NCBI GenBank assembly: GCA_010909165.1
Contig: VJWM01000182.1
Location: 62,001-126,000, forward strand
Origin: Anthoceros angustus
Taxonomy: Eukaryota > Plantae > Anthocerotophyta
Length of the DNA: 64,000 nt
Direction: 5' to 3'
Below the pieces are notes generated by a model that was given only the letters and a program-made list of their open reading frames with translations, was not told the DNA's origin and searched no databases. Positions 60,698 through 64,000 of this stretch are shown piece after piece (position 1 is the stretch's first letter; every line of letters starts with the position of its first letter). Position numbers and translations under genes: made by a program.

Positions 60698-63600
60698 TTA
60701 TATCCCAAGCATAGTCCGGACCTGCTCCGGACTGTGCCTGAGCAGTGTCTTAGGGTCCGGGTAACCATATCCCGGATTACTGACAGCCAAATAAAGGGCC
60801 TCATAAGCTGTTGCCAAAGCTCTCGCAACTCTACTGCTCGCTTCACTCCTTAGCTGCGGAACCTGGATCTGCTCAAATTCTCGTACGGCCCCCTCTTTTG
60901 TTGCCAAGAGGCCAAACAAAATCCGCAGAGACTCTGCGACCGCTAGAGGGGACAACTCCTCTACATCAGCCAATGGGTGAACGTCGGCTCCGGTGCCCAC
61001 GCTTTCCGCATGCGAAGATGCCATTGATTCATGTTCACTGATATACTGCAGCTTTTTGTTAAGGCCACACCTTTCAAGAATCGCACTGGATTCCTGGTCC
61101 ACAAGTGCTGTCATGTGTCCCTCGATCAGATTTCCCAGTGATTTCACACAGCTTTCCGCAACAGCATGTGACAACATAGGCTGCTGCATAGCTGAAAAGC
61201 AATTCACCAAGAAAATGCGTCGCAAGGCTGTCACTCCCTGCAATCAGACCACGCACGTATTAGTTCCACGGAGTTGGACATACAGAATGACGTGCTTGTG
61301 AAGGGAGTGGAAACACACACTGGAATGACTCCTACTTGAGTGGGAATGGAGATGTGTGAGCCAGTCAAGATAGTCTCCACCGTATTAGCCCTGCGTTGTG
61401 TGCCAGAGCTGCGACCAGTATCCATGCCACCACTGCTAAGTTTTCTGACGTGTGTCATTTGAGGTTTCCCCACATATGACTCTGCAGCACGTTCACACAT
61501 CTGTTGTAGATATCCACACAGACAATTAGCTTTGTGTTCTCCACTGAAAGTAAAACTCTTCAGTGCTGGCTGCATGAGAACTCACGTGCTTCAAAGGGTT
61601 CAGAATAGCATCCATGACTGGATCGAAGTCTGGTTTGTTGCCACCTGCTGGGACCATCATCCTCTCGTAGTTGTCAATAAGTTCTAGCAACAATGAAACT
61701 CCTTCCCCTACTGCTGCAGGAGGTGACAAGTCCGCTGGAACAGGAGTTGGATATCTCAAAAGCTTGTCTCCATGCACCTTCATGATATCAAAGAATGTCC
61801 GCCTGGATACATCTGTTAAATCTCTTACTGTTGCCGAAAGAGCTGCACCATGCCCAAGTAATTCAGAGACCTGCAAATTTGCCACGAAACCATGTCGTTT
61901 GCCAAGTTTGACCACAAGCTTGTGGATATAACAAACCTGGAAAAGGTCACACGTCATTGTAAACAACGCTACTTACCGTGTGTGTATAGAACTCTAGTAG
62001 ATTGCTGAGCTTATAAGCCAACAGAAGACCCGGCTGTGATTGCAAGACCTGTTCCACCCTTATTTTGAAGGGTCGGCATACTCCCTCAAACACTCGATCA
62101 AGTACAAAAGCCATGTCTGTCTCAACCTTGCTCTCGTCTCTATCCACTTCTCTAGAAAAGCGCCTGGATGCTGAACCATCAAATGAGCCCTTCCGAGAGC
62201 CATTGGCTAATGTGGCATCAGTGTTGAAGAGCGCCAGAGCAAGATCATGCTCAGATGCCAAGGCCTGTAGCAAAAGGAAGTGAAGTGTCTCAGTTCAACC
62301 TACAATTGATCTCAAGATGCAATCCTAGAAAACTCTGGAGAGTTTGTCCTATCTTCACCTGATGAAGCCATGCAAGCATATCACCAACATATCGGAGCGG
62401 ATCAGGTGCATGTACTTCTATGGGTCTGGGCATTCCACCAGGACCTCCTCGTGTAAGTGCACTGAGGAAGCGCCTAAATAGGGCGTTGTGTCTTGTGTTG
62501 GCCACCTGTTATTTACAGTCAAAGATGGCTAACTGAGTGAAAGGTCTGCACCAATCTGGAAATGACATCAGATTGCAGCCTTTCTCATACACAGCAATAG
62601 ACGGCGTGGTATCCCCTCACCTCCTCTGCACAGTACTTGAAAAGAACCGGCCTTTCTTTCAAAGCTGCTGCAGCTGTTTTCAACAGCTCACTGACTTCAG
62701 GGGTATCATTATCACCGAGGCTACGACACTCTGCCTGCACCCACCTGCCAGAATCAGCAAACTGAGAAACGGGCAGATAAGGAGGCACAAAAGGCACCAG
62801 GATGACTAAATAGATCATAGACACGATGGAAATATCCTGCAGTTGGCAACTATTTATGATCGGGGCAAGACTTCTATGCTTTCATACTGTGCAGCAGCTG
62901 AGTACCTGCAAAGTCGCTCATATGCCCCTTCTTGATAAACAGCCATCATGTCCATCAACTCTAGCCCTGCTCGCTGAAGAGAGAAAGAACACCAACGATT
63001 AGGAAAGGCATTAAGAGGTCAGAGATGAACAGCACGTTTCGACAGAATAGAGAATACCTGGTGATGTGTCCGCAATAGAACCTTGCAGTTGGAATGTATC
63101 TCTTGAACACGTGTGAGTGCCTTGAAAAAGTTCTCATTGAGATCATCTTCGCGTAATGCATTCACCTGGGAATGCCGGATCGAATGTTCATGCCTAACGA
63201 GGAAGGATACCCGACAGTTACATCCTGCTCACACGAACATGCGTACCTCCTCAGGAGAAAGCTGATAATTGTGCAGAAAGTTTGCAATTAGTTCTTGTCT
63301 TTGGTTGGCGTTTTCAAGCTCCTGCTTGAGTCTGTCTGTAGCTGTCACTATTTCGCCAGTAGTGGCACTCCAGCTGCTCAATGACTTGGCTATTCTGTCA
63401 GATCATCACAAACGTGAAGACCAGACTTTATACCAAACATCGGAACAAAAGAGTTTGAAGGTGAATCCTTACCTGTCACAGCACTCTGCTAACCCAGCGA
63501 CCTCCAACTCCACCACGTCCAGAGCCTGGAAAACACACATGAGATCACCTCAAACCACGGACCTTGACATAAAGCGTTAGACCCGAAACATACATACTGC

Positions 63601-63931
63601 TGGAGCATAACCCTAGGATCTACAGGGCAAGTCCGCAATAGGCTGAGCGCTGGTGGTGCGGAACTGCATAGATGCGGGGGTTCAAACGGTGGCCTGTGAC
63701 GCAATGACAAATGTGTAGGACCTTCTGAGCGGACTCGGATGCTCTGAGGAACTCGTCATTGATCATCAGTGCACGCTTCTCAATCGTAGCTCGCAGGTTC
63801 CTGCGGGCCTGGAGAGTGTTTTCGGTGTAGAAAGTGGACAGAGTTCCCAGGGATGGCAGCAGCTCCGGGGAGTCGGTACGGGTCTCCAAAACTTTCTTCA
63901 GCTTGCGCGACAGCCCCGGTGCCGTCGCCAT
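60698..63931 (-). CDS. COG6: Conserved oligomeric Golgi complex subunit 6, 11 exons, 711 aa
   Basis: Exons on minus: 63931-63722, 63525-63473, 63394-63247, 63165-63058, 62973-62906, 62744-62621, 62505-62359, 62264-61977, 61870-61586, 61500-61336, 61237-60698. All introns are GT-AG, total 2136 nt, frame open. Motifs: [83 protein letters not shown]. Confidence 0.97.
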
Positions 63932-64000
63932 GGCTCCTCGCCGCGGTGAACACCAGGGCAATCGTGCGTGTTTTGGGATTTCGCTATGTACACACCGGAG

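Overview
Eukaryotic plant genomic DNA. An intact COG6 gene with short introns (78-196 bp) and MIR319 hairpins suggest a non-seed land plant (inference). About 1-49 kb is a nest of decayed transposable elements: Ty1/copia remnants, gag-pol-less retroelement-like pieces carrying plant-mobile-domain (PMD)-like plus coiled-coil ORFs, a non-autonomous CMC/CACTA-type element, and an 11.17-kb DNA transposon. About 50-64 kb is more gene-like: two tandem MIR319 hairpins under one TATA box, a PIF/Harbinger remnant, a decayed unknown ORF, and an 11-exon COG6 gene. The most notable object is the element at 33021-44190. It has TIRs, a 4-bp TSD (GTGA) and a Sola-like DDD transposase. It also carries a divergently oriented gene with a ParB-like domain and a beta-class amino (N6A/N4C) DNA-methyltransferase domain. 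TE proteins were stitched by hand across frameshifts, so their boundaries are approximate and family calls rest on motif recognition, not searches. Many TE frameshifts are single-base indels and may partly be uncorrected long-read errors.
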